Notes: a model not told the origin generated them from the letters alone. A DNA stretch of 50,632 nt from Chiloscyllium plagiosum (GCF_004010195.1 NC_057719.1:62320796-62371427), one strand, 5' to 3'; positions 22,685-34,843 are shown, numbered from the stretch's first letter. A program made the numbers and translations.

Positions 22685-23808
22685 TTGGCAAGTTCCTCTA
22701 TCAGAGAGAACAAGGCAGTTTTGACTTTCATAACGCCAAATGGACTTGTCAGTTCAAAGCCATTTGGTATGAAAAATGCTCCAGCCTTATTTCAGAGACT
22801 GAGTAATAAGGTCATTGCCGGATTATGCAATTGTGTTGTTTACATTAATGACCTGGTGATTTTTAGTCACTTGTGGAAGGTACATTTACAGCATTTATCG
22901 GACTTGTCTGATCGATTTTGGAAGGCAGGCTTGGTGGTAAACCTCGCCAGAAGTGAATTTGCCAAAGCCCAAGTCCCCTTCCTGGGCCATGTTATTGGAC
23001 AAAGATAAATGGCCCCATGGGATGTGAAAACAAAAGTATTTGGGGAATTTGCAACACCATCGACGAAAAAAGCAGTATTACGGTTCCTGGGATTGAATGA
23101 ATTTTACTGAAAGTTTGTGCCGAACTTTAGCAGTGTGGCTGCTGTACTCACTGAATTGTTTAAAAAAGGCAGGAAGTTTCAGTGGACAGCGGACTATCAA
23201 AAGGCTTTGACAGCCTCAAAACTGTGTTAACCACTGCCCCAGTATTAGTCACACTGGAATACACAAGGCCTTTCAAGGTGACTATCAACGCCAGGGATGT
23301 GGGTATCGGTGGGGTGCTCCTGCAGGAGGATGACAAGGGGATAGAAAGACACATTAGATATTTTTCCAGGAAGTTGAACATTCATCAACAGAAATGTTCA
23401 GTGGTGGAGAAAGAGACTTTGAACTTGGTGATGGCATCACAACATTTCAGTGTCTATATTAACAGCAGTGCATCTGAGACAATCGTATACACGATTGTCA
23501 TTTGTGGAAAAACTTAAAGACTACAAAGCCAGACTGTTTCAATGGAACTTCTTGTTGCAGCCTTTCAATTTGACAAATGTGCATGTGGCAGGTTGCAAAA
23601 ACGTGATTGCTGATGTGTTACCAAGGCTTGAATGAGATATGGAGGCGTTCGGTGGCGAGTGTGCCATGGCTTGAATTTGTATGTGGTTTGCATGTTTGCA
23701 TGTGTATAGTTAGTATGGTGTATATATGTGTTTTAGACTACTAACCAGGTTTTTGAAGGGTTTTAAAAATGAAGCCATTTTTTGATATTGATGGTTCATT
23801 TTTTTTCT

Positions 23809-23819
23809 GAAGGGAGAGG
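23809..23819 (+). promoter_or_regulatory. Polypurine tract
   Basis: gaagggagagg directly before the 3' LTR. Confidence 0.85.
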
Positions 23820-24260
23820 TGTCACAAAACTTGTCCCTTTTTTCTAAAGGCTGTTCTTTTCCTCAAGGATACTGTGTCCTTGTTTTTTTTTCCAGAGGGA
23901 TCATAAATCCCTTCCGGCTCCAAGGATGCTAGTTTGGTACAAACATGAAAAAGGATGTTGATAGCCCTTTTTTTTTTCTACGTAAACAGATGAGACTTCA
24001 GGCTAGAGTGGTCATGTTTTAGAAGTGACCTGTATAATGAAAGGAATGGTCAGCGCTCTCACTGAGTAGTTCAGAACAGGTCTAGTTAGGAGTTCAGCTG
24101 TGTAATTTTGTCAATAAATTTTGTTTGTTTTAAAACCTGGTGGTCAACCTAGCTAACTTCAGGTAATTTTCACTGTACGCTTAGCGGAACAGATTGCAAA
24201 ATTATGGTCTGGGCTGCCTGTTTAAGTATGTTTTGAGTTGTCTGGCCTAGTCTATAAACA
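23820..24260 (+). repeat. 3' LTR (441 bp, internally deleted)
   Basis: tgtcacaaaa...tctataaaca; lacks about 200 bp present in the 5' LTR (about 16860-17060). Confidence 0.9.
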
Positions 24261-24499
24261 CCTTACACTCTGGGGCATTATGCAAGAACACTCAAAAAAA
24301 CATTCCTTGGTTAGACATCATCTGGTATTTTTGAAGCAAATAGGTTTAGAAATATTTTTTTGAAAGCCCGAATTACAGGATTGTGATATGAATGGATCAC
24401 TGTCGGCATCTGTGTGTTTCTGGAGATGATGAATTGCTCCAAGGGCGTATGTTACCTCTGGATTGAATGTTGTCTCTTGTGGTTATAAAAGCCATCTTA

Positions 24500-25600
24500 G
24501 GAATGACAGTGCCTTCCATAGCTCACCCAGAGGATTCACATTGGCTGGAGGTCCTCGGAATTTTCTTTCCTTTTGCTGGCCTCCTCCACTCTACTTGTTG
24601 TTTGTCCTTCCTGACTTCTTGTCTCCAACCACTCTGGTCTGCATCAATTCTGATTCTGGTCTAATTTACAGACATCCTTGGGATGCTAGATCTGTTGGTT
24701 TTGTGTCAAATAGCAAGCTTTCCGTAAAGTATGTCATACAGCACGTAAACAGACCCTTTAGCCTAACCAGTCCATGCCGACTGTAATCCCAAACTAAACT
24801 ACTCCGACCTGCCTGCACTTGGTCCATATCCCTCCAAACCTTTCCAATTCATGTCCTTATCCAAATGCATTTTAAACGTTGTAACTGTACTCGCATTCAC
24901 CACTTCCTCTGACATGAACCATTCTGTGTGAGAAAAAATTGCCCTCATGTCCTTTTAAAATCTTTCTCCTCTCGCTTTAAAAATATATCCCTGAGTCTTT
25001 AAACCCCCACCCTAGAGAAAAGACACCTGCTATTCATCCTATCTATGCCGCTCGCGATTTTGTAAACTTCTGAAAGGTCACTGCTCAACCTTCTACACAC
25101 CAGTGAAAAAAAAAAGTCCTCGTGCATGTGGCTGACATTCATTTGTGTCTCAGTATCCAGCGAGCAATGTTGTTGCTGATTCACGGGAAAGCATGCTGGG
25201 GATCCCTACCTACTGGTGTACTTCGATACGTTGCCCTCTGTCATGCCAGGAATACTTGATACTCATCTCTGAAAAGCTGAGCTGGAACCTGTTGACCTCC
25301 AATTCTTGGCTCATACATAAGTTTCTTTGCTTCACGACTCAAAAGGAAGATACTAACAGCACCAGCCTGGAAAAGGTGGAGCTCTGCATTTTTAGTTAAC
25401 TTGCTGTTGGCCTATACTCACTTTCACAACTTCAACATGACAGCTGCAGCCTTGGCAATGCTGGTGCTAATTTTGGCATCGAGGAGCAGCTTGCTGGTAG
25501 TTGCTGATCTGAGGTTTGTGAAGCTTTTGATGATCTTCAAAGTGGGGTTGTTGAAGTTGATGGAGTCTCTGTATCCTGGCCCGTAAGTTCCTGTTACTGC
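24500..25600 (-). mobile_element. Degenerate RTE-clade LINE fragment, interrupted by a CR1 tail
   Basis: Reverse strand near 25390-25520 reads like L.SATTSKLLLDAKISTSIAKAAAVM.KL..RV..NSKLT, typical of the RTE RT C-terminus. Boundaries approximate. Confidence 0.5.
24745..25112 (-). mobile_element. CR1 3' end fragment
   Basis: catacagcacgtaaacagacccttt tail and reverse-strand EVYKI..GIDRMNSRCLF coding. Confidence 0.8.
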
Positions 25601-25677
25601 AAGAAAATAACCACTACCATCAAATAATACATGGATGAGCTCGAGTGTTTGGGATCAGTGTTTGGGATAGAATCAAC

Positions 25678-25828
25678 TCGGCGAAAGTGAGGACTGCAGA
25701 TGCTAGAGATTAGAGTCGCGAGTGTGGTGCTGGAAAAGCACAGCAGGTCAGGTAGCAACTGAGAAACAGGAGAATTGACCCTAATGGAGGGCTTTTGCTG
25801 TGTTTTTCCAGCACCACACTCTCGACTC
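25678..25828. mobile_element. Degenerate Penelope fold-back mini-element
   Basis: gagtcgcgagtgtggtgctggaaaagcacagca is inverted against tgctgtgtttttccagcaccacactctcgactc; centre is a decayed cctaatggagggctttt; possible degenerate TSD tttgggat(a/g)g. Confidence 0.7.
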
Positions 25829-26329
25829 ATTATTTGGGATGGCATGCGCTTCTGTATGTGACCAAAAAAACGGGAATCTTTGCGAAGTGGTACTCTATAA
25901 TGATGCCGAGAGGCAAAAAGCTTTACTTTTCAGTGCACGTCAACTTGGCAAAAACAAAATGAATTGGAGAAGAATTTTATGTCTCGAAGATAAATTATGT
26001 TTTGGATTTAGTCCCTGGTCTGTTTCGATTTGACAGCTTTCAGCTAGCAAGACAATGCATCCACTCTCGAAGATCTATGCTCATATTTTATGGGTTGCAC
26101 TCCCTCATTTGAAATCTGGCCAACACTATTAGGCAGTCTCTAAATTCAGATCTGCGGTCATTGTGTTTGAAGTATTGCAGCAAACTTTAATGTAGGCAAT
26201 GATCATTAAACGGCTTGTACCAAGCTGCATCATCTGTTGGTTGTAATCGGAGCAGGGCACCACACACTGCTACAGTGTGCTAAATGCCACCAACTGTGTG
26301 CCCAAACCAATGACTTCATTCCTCTCCCC

Positions 26330-27135
26330 ATCATCAGTCAAAACTGAAACAGTGTGTTAGCAATGTTGGTGTTGCACTTGACATGAAATGACTCTCTGAC
26401 CAAACAGTCCTGTTGTCACTGAGACCACCTCTATAACATTGCTGGAGTCAGCTCGTGTTTCAACCAATGCTGTTGAAACTCTCCATTCATGTCTTTGTTA
26501 CCTTTTAAGTTTGACTATTACAATACATTCCTGGCTCGCCTCCTATTTCCTATCCTCCATAAACTGGTGGAGATAAAAAGCTCTGCTCTCATATTCTAAC
26601 TCAAATCAAATTGCATTTATAGAGTCTTAGAGATCTACAACACAGAAACAGACCCTTCGGTCCAACTCGTCCATGCTGACCAGATATCCCAACCCAATCT
26701 AGTTCCACCTGCCAATTTATCCACCACTTTTTTAATCGCTCGCCTGTATTGATGTCAAGTCGAGCAATGCTTTTGTTTAGAAATTCTCATCCACGTGTTC
26801 AAATCCCTTCATGGACTTGGCACTCTACCTTTGTGTACAGCCCTCCTGAAACACCTGAGTTGTTTCAGTTCTGGACACCTGAGCGTCCCTGATTCAATTC
26901 CTCCCATGTTGACAGTCATGTCTGGGCTCCAACCTCTGAAGTTGCCTCCCCAAACCGCTGTAACACTTGTCTACTTTATAAGATGCTGTTTTAAAAAATT
27001 ATCCCTTTTGATCATGCTTTTAATCATCTGTCTTAATAGCTTCTTTTGGGAGTTAGTGCCACACTTTGTTTGATCAGCCTGCCATTCAACTTTTCAGGAT
27101 GTTTTACCAGTTTAAGGGTGCTGTATAATTGGAAG
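26330..27135 (+). mobile_element. L2-clade LINE 3' fragment with a CR1 tail inserted at about 26620-26715
   Basis: Decayed ETL.HVFVT..FDYYNTFLA.L and KILIHVFKSLHGL motifs typical of the L2 ORF2 C-terminus. Confidence 0.65.
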
Positions 27136-27399
27136 GTGTTGTTATGGACTACCGTTGCTCTCTGCCCAATCTTAGTCATTTTCTGGTCACAGTCTTGAAT
27201 TGAGCATTGGAGTTAATATGGTCTCTGATCAAAACAGAACATTCCTGTCACTTACTCAGCTTTATTGGGCCAGGGTTTGAGAGGTGGCAGAGTGTTTGTG
27301 CAGGGTTGCTTTCTGCCTGTCTGCAGTTCCATTCTTCACCAGACTTTAAGCATTCACATTGGATAGGGTTGGAGTCTCATTGTCTCCGATTTTAAGACC

Positions 27400-27992
27400 C
27401 AGAGTCATAGAGATGTATAGCACAGAAACAGACCTTTGGGTCCAACCCGTCCATGCCATCCAGATATCCCAATCCAATCTAGTCCCACCTGCCAGCACCT
27501 GGCCCATATCCCTCCAAACCCTTCCTATTCATATACCCATTCAGATGTCTTTTAATTGTTATAATTGTACCAGCCTCCACCACTTCCTCTGGCAGCTGAT
27601 TCCATATACATACCACCCTCTGTGTGAAAAAGTTGCTCCTTAGATCTCTTTAGTATCTTTCCCCCTCACCCTAAACCGATGCCCTCTAGTTCTGGACTCC
27701 CCCCACCCCAGGGAAAAAAAACTTTGTCTATTTATCCTATCCATGCCCCTCATGATTTTATAATCCTCTATAAGGTCACCCCTCAGCCTCCGACGCTCCA
27801 TGGAAATCAACCTTAGCCTATTCAACCTCTCCCTATAGCTCAAATCCTCCAACCCTGGCAACATCCTTATAAATCTTTTCTGAGCCATTTCAGGTTTAAC
27901 AATATCCTTCGGATAGGAAGGAGACCAGAATTGCATGCTATATTCCAAAAGTGGCCTAACCAATGTCTTGTTCGGCCGCAATGTGACCTCTC
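27400..27992 (-). mobile_element. CR1 3' fragment
   Basis: ORF 27640-27981: LVRPLLEYSMQFWSP..RRRLRGDLIE..TRGH; tail agagtcataga. Confidence 0.9.
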
Positions 27993-28549
27993 ACCTTATT
28001 TCAAGAAAATGACAAAGTAATGTAAGTAATCTTGCGATTGCATAGCATGTTTATTTAATTATTTTGAATAAACTTGGGGGAGCTACCTCAATAGTGTGTT
28101 TGCCTGAAACAATAAATTCCAGATAAAAAGCCTGGAGGCCAATTCATTGTGCTACTTGATCTGATAAAGTGGCATAGTCAGATCATGCTGTCTTGACAAA
28201 AGACTAATAAATTGTGCAGCAGTTTCATGAAGGTGATCCAGTGTAGAAACTAACTCAGTGATGAACAAATGTCAGCCCTGCATCCTGCTGTGGGCTGTAG
28301 CAAAAAGAGGATCCCGTATTTAGGATTGGGTCAGCCGTAAAAGAGTATACAGGTTGATCTGGACTGGTTTTATTTTTGGTTTTCTTCTGAAATTTGCAGT
28401 CTGCTGACAATTGTAAGAGGTGAAGGATTGGATTGCCATTTTTGGGCAGATATGTATTCTTTTATTACTCGCTAAAACTAATTTAATCACATTCATTATT
28501 TTTTTGGAAACACTACTGTCTGTTTGCTATGCACTTGATAATTTTCAAG

Positions 28550-29355
28550 TTGAGTAAAGTGGCAATGCTACCAAAATGCTCACTGACTCTTGGAAGATTA
28601 TTCAAGTGAGTATCAACAAGTTGATTGAGTGGGTGGATAGGTATTAGATGAAGTTCAGTGCAAGTGTGAGGTGATACATTTTTGGAGAGAGAACCTGAGG
28701 AAGCAGTATAAATTGAAGTGTATTATTCTAAAGAGTACTCAGGAGTAAGATACACCTGGGGTATTTATGCGCGTGTATCAGTAAAGGTGACAGCGGAATA
28801 TAGAGAGATCTAGGCTTATTAAAGTGGAGTCCAAGAGCTCGGAGGTCATGTTAAATTTGTTTGACTCTAGTTAGACCTCAGCTGAAGTATTGTCTACAGT
28901 TCTGGGTTCCACACTATCTGAAGGAACAGAATGCATTGCAGAGAGTGCCAAAGGGCTTTACGAGAATAGATTCAGGGTGCAAGGCTTCAGTTATGAAGAT
29001 AGAAGTTGGGACTGTTTTCCTTTGAGAGAAGACCACTAAGAGGAGCCTGAGAGAGATTTTCAAAATCGCGTGGGATCTGGAAAGAAAACAGGGAGAAACT
29101 ATTTCTGCTCGTAAAAGGATTGAGAATGGGAGGGCACCGATTTCAAATGATTTGCGAAAGATGTGAGAACAAGCTTTATCACCGCGAGTAGTTATGGCCT
29201 GGAATGCACTGCATGGAAGGCAGGTTGAAGAAGGAATGAGGCAATTATTTAAAGGGTTAAGGGGAGAACATGGAAGAAAAGCAGTAAATCATGATTGATG
29301 TTGGAAGAATCAGTGTAGCCTTGATAGGTTCAGTAGCCTACTGCAGCAATTCTGT
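28550..29355 (+). mobile_element. Old CR1 3' fragment
   Basis: aagtgtgaggtgatacatttt (KCEVIHF), gttagacctcagctgaagtattgtctacagttctgg (VRPQL.YC.QFW), tggaatgcactgc (WNAL). Confidence 0.75.
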
Positions 29356-31096
29356 GAGATACTGTACCATTTCTCAGAAATCAGTACCATTCACATGGTC
29401 CTGATCTCCCTGACAACAAGTGATTGAGTCACCTCTGAATCATGCTCTGGAGTTCAGCCAAATATGCACGTCCCCTTTAAGAGGGGTCACTGGTTTTAAG
29501 TATTTTCAATGACATGCCACTTTCCACCCACACTGATTAGGAAAATAGTCCAAGTACAGTATAAGCAGTGCTTGCAGAGTATAAGCAGTCCCTCATTCTG
29601 GATTTTTAAGGTTGTCACTCCACTTCCCTCGCTTTTGTCAAGTGGAATTGAGAAGCTGGAATTCGGAGCAGGTCATGTTTGTAACCAGGCAAAGACTCTG
29701 AGAGTTGGACCCTGATGGTTGAAGTCTTGATTTCAGAATTCCATTCCCATTGCTCCTAGCAAAAAACTGAAGTGTCTTATTGTGAAAACATCTGTCACGC
29801 GCTGATAATGTTAGGGACGAGACTGCTGACTGAATACTTCAAGAGCTCCATAAATGTTCGAGTGCAGTGATGGCTGGAGAATGGGCTGTGGCACTGTCAA
29901 TACACTTAAGATTCAATAAATTACAGACCAATTAGTCTGACTTGAATAGAAGGGAAAAAAATTACTGAGCTTTTCATGGATTGCTATTAATCATCCAATT
30001 AACATAGAGTTCGTAAATGGATTTTGATATATGGCTTCAGAACAAAAGATAATGCCTCCCAAAGCCATTAAATTCATTGAGGTATTAACAGAGTGAGTGG
30101 ACCATGATATTCAGTGCATAACATACACAATAAAATGGAATAAATATTCACATTTAGATGATGTCAAATGAGTTGATTTATCGCAAGACTAATATTAAAT
30201 ATCGAGTTGATTAAAAGTTAATTGGAGATGTAAAGAAGCTGAAACAAACACAAAAGCTTGCTTGTATTTTGTTTTGGTAATTGCTCTTCATCTTCCTGGT
30301 CATTTTTCCTTTCTGCCTTACAGTCAGTACTTGCTAAAATACAGCTCCATTCCTGCTGGTGTACCAAATGATATTCCCTAAGACCCTGTGAATTAACTCT
30401 GATTGTGTGCTCCTCCTTCACTTAAACATGTAGGCTTCCAAACTGCACCACTGACGAAGACCTGGACTGATTTACTCATGCCTGCCCCAGAGTACTCTGG
30501 GTACTTGCTGTGGAATTTCTGTCCTGACCCTTCCTGGCCGATGTGAGCTAACTTTGGTACATAGTGGGAGTTGAAACTGGGCTGACGACAGACTAAACTT
30601 TGAGCCACGAGGGAGGCAATTTCTCTAATATTGCCTGTCAGCTACAAACTATTAGAAAAAATAAAAATATGGCATCAATTATCAACTCGCAAGCTCAGCA
30701 ATATCAAGCAAAGGGATAAATGCATGTTTGGTGAACAATGGGAATCCACAATGAGTGAAGCAGTGCATTTTTCCACCAGTCGCAGGCTGCCTCGCAAGAA
30801 ATTGATAATTTTAGCATTATTTATACTTCGTTGATGTTTCTATTGGTTAAGCGAATCCAATAAAAGAGCATGATTGCTAACAGAGCCTAGAATGAGAGAG
30901 CAAGTATGATTTTGATGAAATCATGAACCTCTGAAAATTAAATCAGAAGGTAAAGACTTGTTATGAACTACTAAACTCTAACAATTTCAAAGCCTCAAGC
31001 TACTTGCTTATTCCATTTTCTGTTGTGCAGCTTTTTTTTTGAAAAGCACCTCTCCTGCCTTGACTGCATCCAGTCAGAGAAAGAACATAAACATCG

Positions 31097-31374
31097 TCTG
31101 TCTCTCCGTCTCTCCCTCTCTCTCTCTCTCTCGCTGTCTCTCTCTCGCTGTCTCTCTCTCTCGCTGTCTCTCTCTCTCGCTGTCTCTCTCTCGCTGTCTC
31201 TCTCTCTCGCTGTCTCTCTCTCTCGCTGTCTCTCTCTCTCGCTGTCTCTCTCTCTCGCTGTCTCTCTCTCTCGCTGTCTCTCTCTCTCGCTGTCTCTCTC
31301 TCTCGCTGTCTCTCTCTCTCGCCTCTGTCTCTCTCTCTCTCTCTGTCTCTCTCTGTCTGTCTCTGTCTGTCTCT
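31097..31374. repeat. Compound microsatellite, (TC)n-GCTG units of 14-16 nt
   Basis: Direct reading: tctctctctcgctg repeated about 13 times, flanked by TCTG/TC runs. Confidence 0.98.
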
Positions 31375-31884
31375 CCCCCCACTACCCACCCCACCCCCGT
31401 CTCCCGCTTTCTGAATCCAACATTGTTGAATGAACTGTAGTCTGTGTCTGTTGATTTGTGAAATGCCAATGTTCTTGCATATTCTGGTTTGCTCATTGGC
31501 TCCACAGACTTATCCAGAAAGTCGTTGCATGCCAGATGGACATAGCTCATTGTGTGTCCCTGAGAATGCACAATATTTAAAATTGCGAGTTATAAAAGGA
31601 GAAAACGCTGGAGCTGATTAGCATTACACTACATGATGCAGCGAAATGAGGATGCTGATTTGCCTGAATGCAAATACCTCAAAAATTGTCTCCTTTTTTT
31701 TTTGGTTGCAGTTCTCAGTTAACTTCTCACATGGATTTTCAGAAAATATTCAGTCTGAAAAGTAAGACTTGTGTTGGCAATTCAGACTGAATGATGTTCC
31801 TTCTAGCTGGAGGGCAAAATGAGTCGACCATCGATGTAGAATTAGAAATTTGAACCAAAGTACGATGAGAACACAGGACTTGTT

Positions 31885-32188
31885 GATTAGATACCCTTCA
31901 GTGTGGAAACAGGCCCTTCGGCCCAACTGGTCCACACCAACCCTCCGAATAGTAGCCCACCCAGATCCATTTCCCTCTGACTAATGCACCTAACACTATG
32001 GGCGATTGTAGCATGGCCAGTTCACCTAACCTGCACATCTTTTGGACTGCGGGAGGACCCTGGAGCACCCGGAGGAAACCCACGCTGACACTGGGAGAAT
32101 GTGCAAACTCCACACAGCCAGTTGCTCAAGGCTGGAATCGAACCTGGGACCCTGGTGGTGTGAGGCAGCAGTACTAACCACTGAGCCA
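31885..32188 (-). mobile_element. HE1-type V-SINE
   Basis: Same head, V-domain and tail as 14470-14768 and 34528-34843. Confidence 0.92.
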
Positions 32189-32666
32189 ATCAGGTGAGAA
32201 TGTCACAGAAGCTTCAATATCAAAATTGTCAGGCTGTAGGCAAATGGAGAATGAAGACCTAAAATCGTCAATGTTCCTTACTCTGTGATTCAAATAGTTT
32301 TATGATGAAAAGACCATAATAATGATTTTATGAAATGCAAATAGTGCAACTCTTCAGAGCTGGAGTGGATCTTTAAACTAAAAACAAATCAATTGTGCAG
32401 GAGAGCACTGACAGAAGTTGCTGCAAGGTTATGCACTTTGCTGGAGAATGAATGATTTGAACAGTAACTGATCTCTCTCGAACTTAAAGTTTACTTCACA
32501 GCCATCTTCAGGGAGCCGGGGTCATGGATTTCTTGCTTGTACTGTCGACTTTGTAAGGCTGCAAGGTGGACAGACATCTCCGTTCTGCAGTTATTTTGAC
32601 TGCCTCTCACAAGAAATACTGAAGACTCAATGTATCAAATGACTAATATTGACTAATGAGCTACAT

Positions 32667-32758
32667 ACTGAAGAAGGGCTTATGCCCGAAACGTCGATTC
32701 TCCTGTTCCCTGGATGCTGCCTGACCTGCTGCGCTTTTCCAGCAACACATTTCCAGCT
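32667..32758 (+). mobile_element. Single-arm Penelope pLTR insertion starting at the hammerhead core
   Basis: CTGAAGAAGGGCTTATGCCCGAAACGTC at 32668-32695; 14-bp TSD ctaatga(g/a)ctacat at 32653-32666 and 32759-32772. Confidence 0.85.
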
Positions 32759-33009
32759 CTAATGAACTACATCCACCTGGCATGCAACCAAATTCTGGAT
32801 AAGCCTGTGGAGCCAATGAGTCAACTAAAATTGACTAATATTGTATGGCGTTTTCAACAGAACCGGCACATTTGGCCTATTGATTTCTGCCACGTTTATA
32901 CTTCACACGAACCTCCTGCTATCCTATTTACTTCATCTCGTCCTCTCTGCTCAACATTTGTTCATCTCTCTCCCATATTCGTGTCAATCATGGTTCATTG
33001 GGAGCACAA

Positions 33010-33500
33010 CAATCTCTGAGTCATGAGGTGCTGGGTTTGACTCCCACTATTGGTCTTGGCAGCATTAAAGAGAGCTGAAAATGTGTTGCTGGAAAAGCGC
33101 AGCAGGTCAGGCAGCATCCAAGGAACAGGAGAATCGACGTTTCGGGCAATAAGCCCTTCTTCAGGCTTATGCCCGAAACGTCGATTCTCCTGCTCCTTGG
33201 ATGCTGCCTGACCTGCTTCGCTTTTCCAGCAACACATTTTCAGCTCTGATCTCCAGCATCTGCAGTCCTCACTTTCTCCTCGAGCATTAAAGAGAGGGCT
33301 GACATAGTGCTGAGCTGCACTATTGGAGGTGCAGTCTTTCAGGTGGAATGCTAAATGGAACCCTCATCTGTCTCTTTTGAGGAGAAGTAGAGCTGCTAGC
33401 TCACTGTTCTGGCCAATATTTTTTCACTCACCTATCGCAAAAACAACCTATCATCCCACTATCACATTGTTGGCCACTTTTACAATGTAAAACACGTTGG
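33010..33500 (+). mobile_element. Degenerate DeuSINE/SacSINE-like element, interrupted by 33075-33282
   Basis: Head ctctgagtca..gggtttgactcccact; Deu-domain-like gctgcactattggaggtgcagtctttcaggtggaatgctaaa. Confidence 0.55.
33075..33282. mobile_element. Penelope-derived fold-back mini-element
   Basis: Inverted arms meet at gcccttcttca|ggcttatgccc; minus-strand hammerhead core intact. Exact 14-bp TSD agcattaaagagag at 33061-33074 and 33283-33296. Confidence 0.9.
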
Positions 33501-34527
33501 CTGAGTGGGAATGTACATCTGTGATACCAACACAAACAAAGCATGAACAGAATTGATATATTCCCCTCAGATGCATCCCTGCAATTTGCCTTAAATATTC
33601 AATGCAGCAGTGTATGGCACTAAATACTGAGTCAACAAATTTCTCTGAAATTCCTTATTAATGCCAATTTTGTATTCCAAATTCTGAATGATTAAAACGT
33701 GAAAAGCTCCTTTCGAACTCTCTCTTCAAGCCACACAAAAAACTGAAAAGATATTTGAGCAATAATGTCACCTGTAAAATCCAACAATTAACAAAAGGAG
33801 AAAACTTTCGCGCTGCAAATAAAAAGACCTACCCACATTTGCTAAGTCTCTAAACGTGCTGCACGAGAACACTGTTTAATGGAGCAATCGTATTTGATGG
33901 GTTGCGTAGTTTGTACGTGGGCAGGAGAAGTAAAGGTTAATGAGAGTGAACTTTCTCAAGTTGTATGGCATACCATTAAACTCTCGATATTTGATTGGAG
34001 AGAGTGGGCCACCACTGGCTCTCATTAACCCAAACTACCGGTAGAATGGGTGATAAATGAAACTGGTGCAGACTGATGGATTTCAGCAGTGACTTACTGG
34101 AAAAGGATTTGCACAACTGCAGCAGAGCAAAATCCAGCAGAATGTATATTAATTAGAATTCATAGTATCTGATGGATTTTAAAATTCAGAGTCAAACACC
34201 ATTGTCGAGGTAACTGATGTTTTTTTCACAATTAGCTCTAACCTGTTCCTCTGATGTGTACTGGGTTGACTTGAGGATTTGCAAATTTGGTCACGATCTG
34301 AGCTCTGATTATAACTCACAATCTTGTGGGAATTTTGACCACTCTCTGTTTTAGGCTGTCAAATATAAACAGACACAAAATCCAGCTATGAATTGAACCT
34401 TTGGTATGAGTCTGTCCTCGGTGTTAAGTTTAGCCATGTGTGCTTTGGAACTTAGTTGAGCATTGTTATTTATATTAAATCATAAAAGGGTTACTACATA
34501 CAGGAGGCCACTCAGCCCAGTGTATCT

Positions 34528-34843
34528 GGGCGGCATGGTGGCTCAGTGGTTAGCACTGTTGCCCCTCAGCACCAGGGTCCCAGGTTCGATTCCAGCCTCA
34601 GGCAACTGTCTGTGTTCAGTTTGCACATTCTCCCCGTGTCTGCGTGGGTTTCCTCCGTGTGCTCCAGTTTCTTCCCACAGTCCAAAGATGTGCAGTTCAG
34701 GTGAATTGGCCATGCTAAATTGCCCATAATGTGAGGTGCATTAGTCAGAGGGAAATGGGTCTGGGTGGGTTACTCTTCGGAGGGTCGGTGTGGAGTTGTT
34801 GGGCCAAAGGGCCTGTTTCCACACTGTAAGGGAATCTAATCTA
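34528..34843 (+). mobile_element. HE1-type V-SINE, full length
   Basis: GGGCGGCATGGTGGCTCAGTGGTTAGC (A-box), GGTTCGATTCC (B-box), V-domain, CR1-like tail ending aatctaatct. Confidence 0.93.

Larger units (their letters stand above)
20786..23635 (+). pseudogene. Reverse transcriptase plus RNase H remnant, interrupted by two insertions
   Basis: PIKQLPHR|HNP..EIDHMLQDG, WSS.IVMVPKPDG..LCV.YRKVN, SKLD, PFGMKNAPALFQR, YIND (22841-22852; decayed YIDD), FLGH, PFKVTINA.DVGIGGVLLQ, YFSRKLN, NVIADVL. Confidence 0.9.
16591..24260 (+). mobile_element. Gmr1-like Gypsy (Metaviridae) LTR retrotransposon, complete but decayed
   Basis: Paired TGT...ACA LTRs, PBS, PPT, near-perfect 4-bp TSD cctc/cctt; domain order gag-PR-IN-RT-RNase H. 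Confidence 0.93.
31440..32878. mobile_element. Putative old DNA transposon or MITE bounded by about 110-bp imperfect inverted repeats
   Basis: ctcattggctccacagacttatccagaaagtcgttgcatgccagatggacatagctcatt (about 31492-31551) is the imperfect reverse complement of aatgaactacatccacctggcatgcaaccaaattctggataagcctgtggagccaatgag (32761-32820); weaker match extends outward. Confidence 0.55.

Noticed and set aside
31000..31571. ORFs of 129-165 aa with RE- or SL-rich repeats
   Set aside because: Translations of the (TC)nGCTG microsatellite; no coding signal.
2185..33282. Dispersed palindromic repeats read as CRISPR repeats, REP elements or classic MITEs
   Set aside because: Eukaryotic context, no repeat-spacer periodicity, variable ends and variable-length TSDs; the unit matches the pLTR of an ORF-bearing Penelope in the same window.
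34528..34600. tRNA-like sequences with A and B boxes (also about 14700, 32130, 10300, 43580)
   Set aside because: They are SINE heads followed by SINE bodies; no complete cloverleaf gene.
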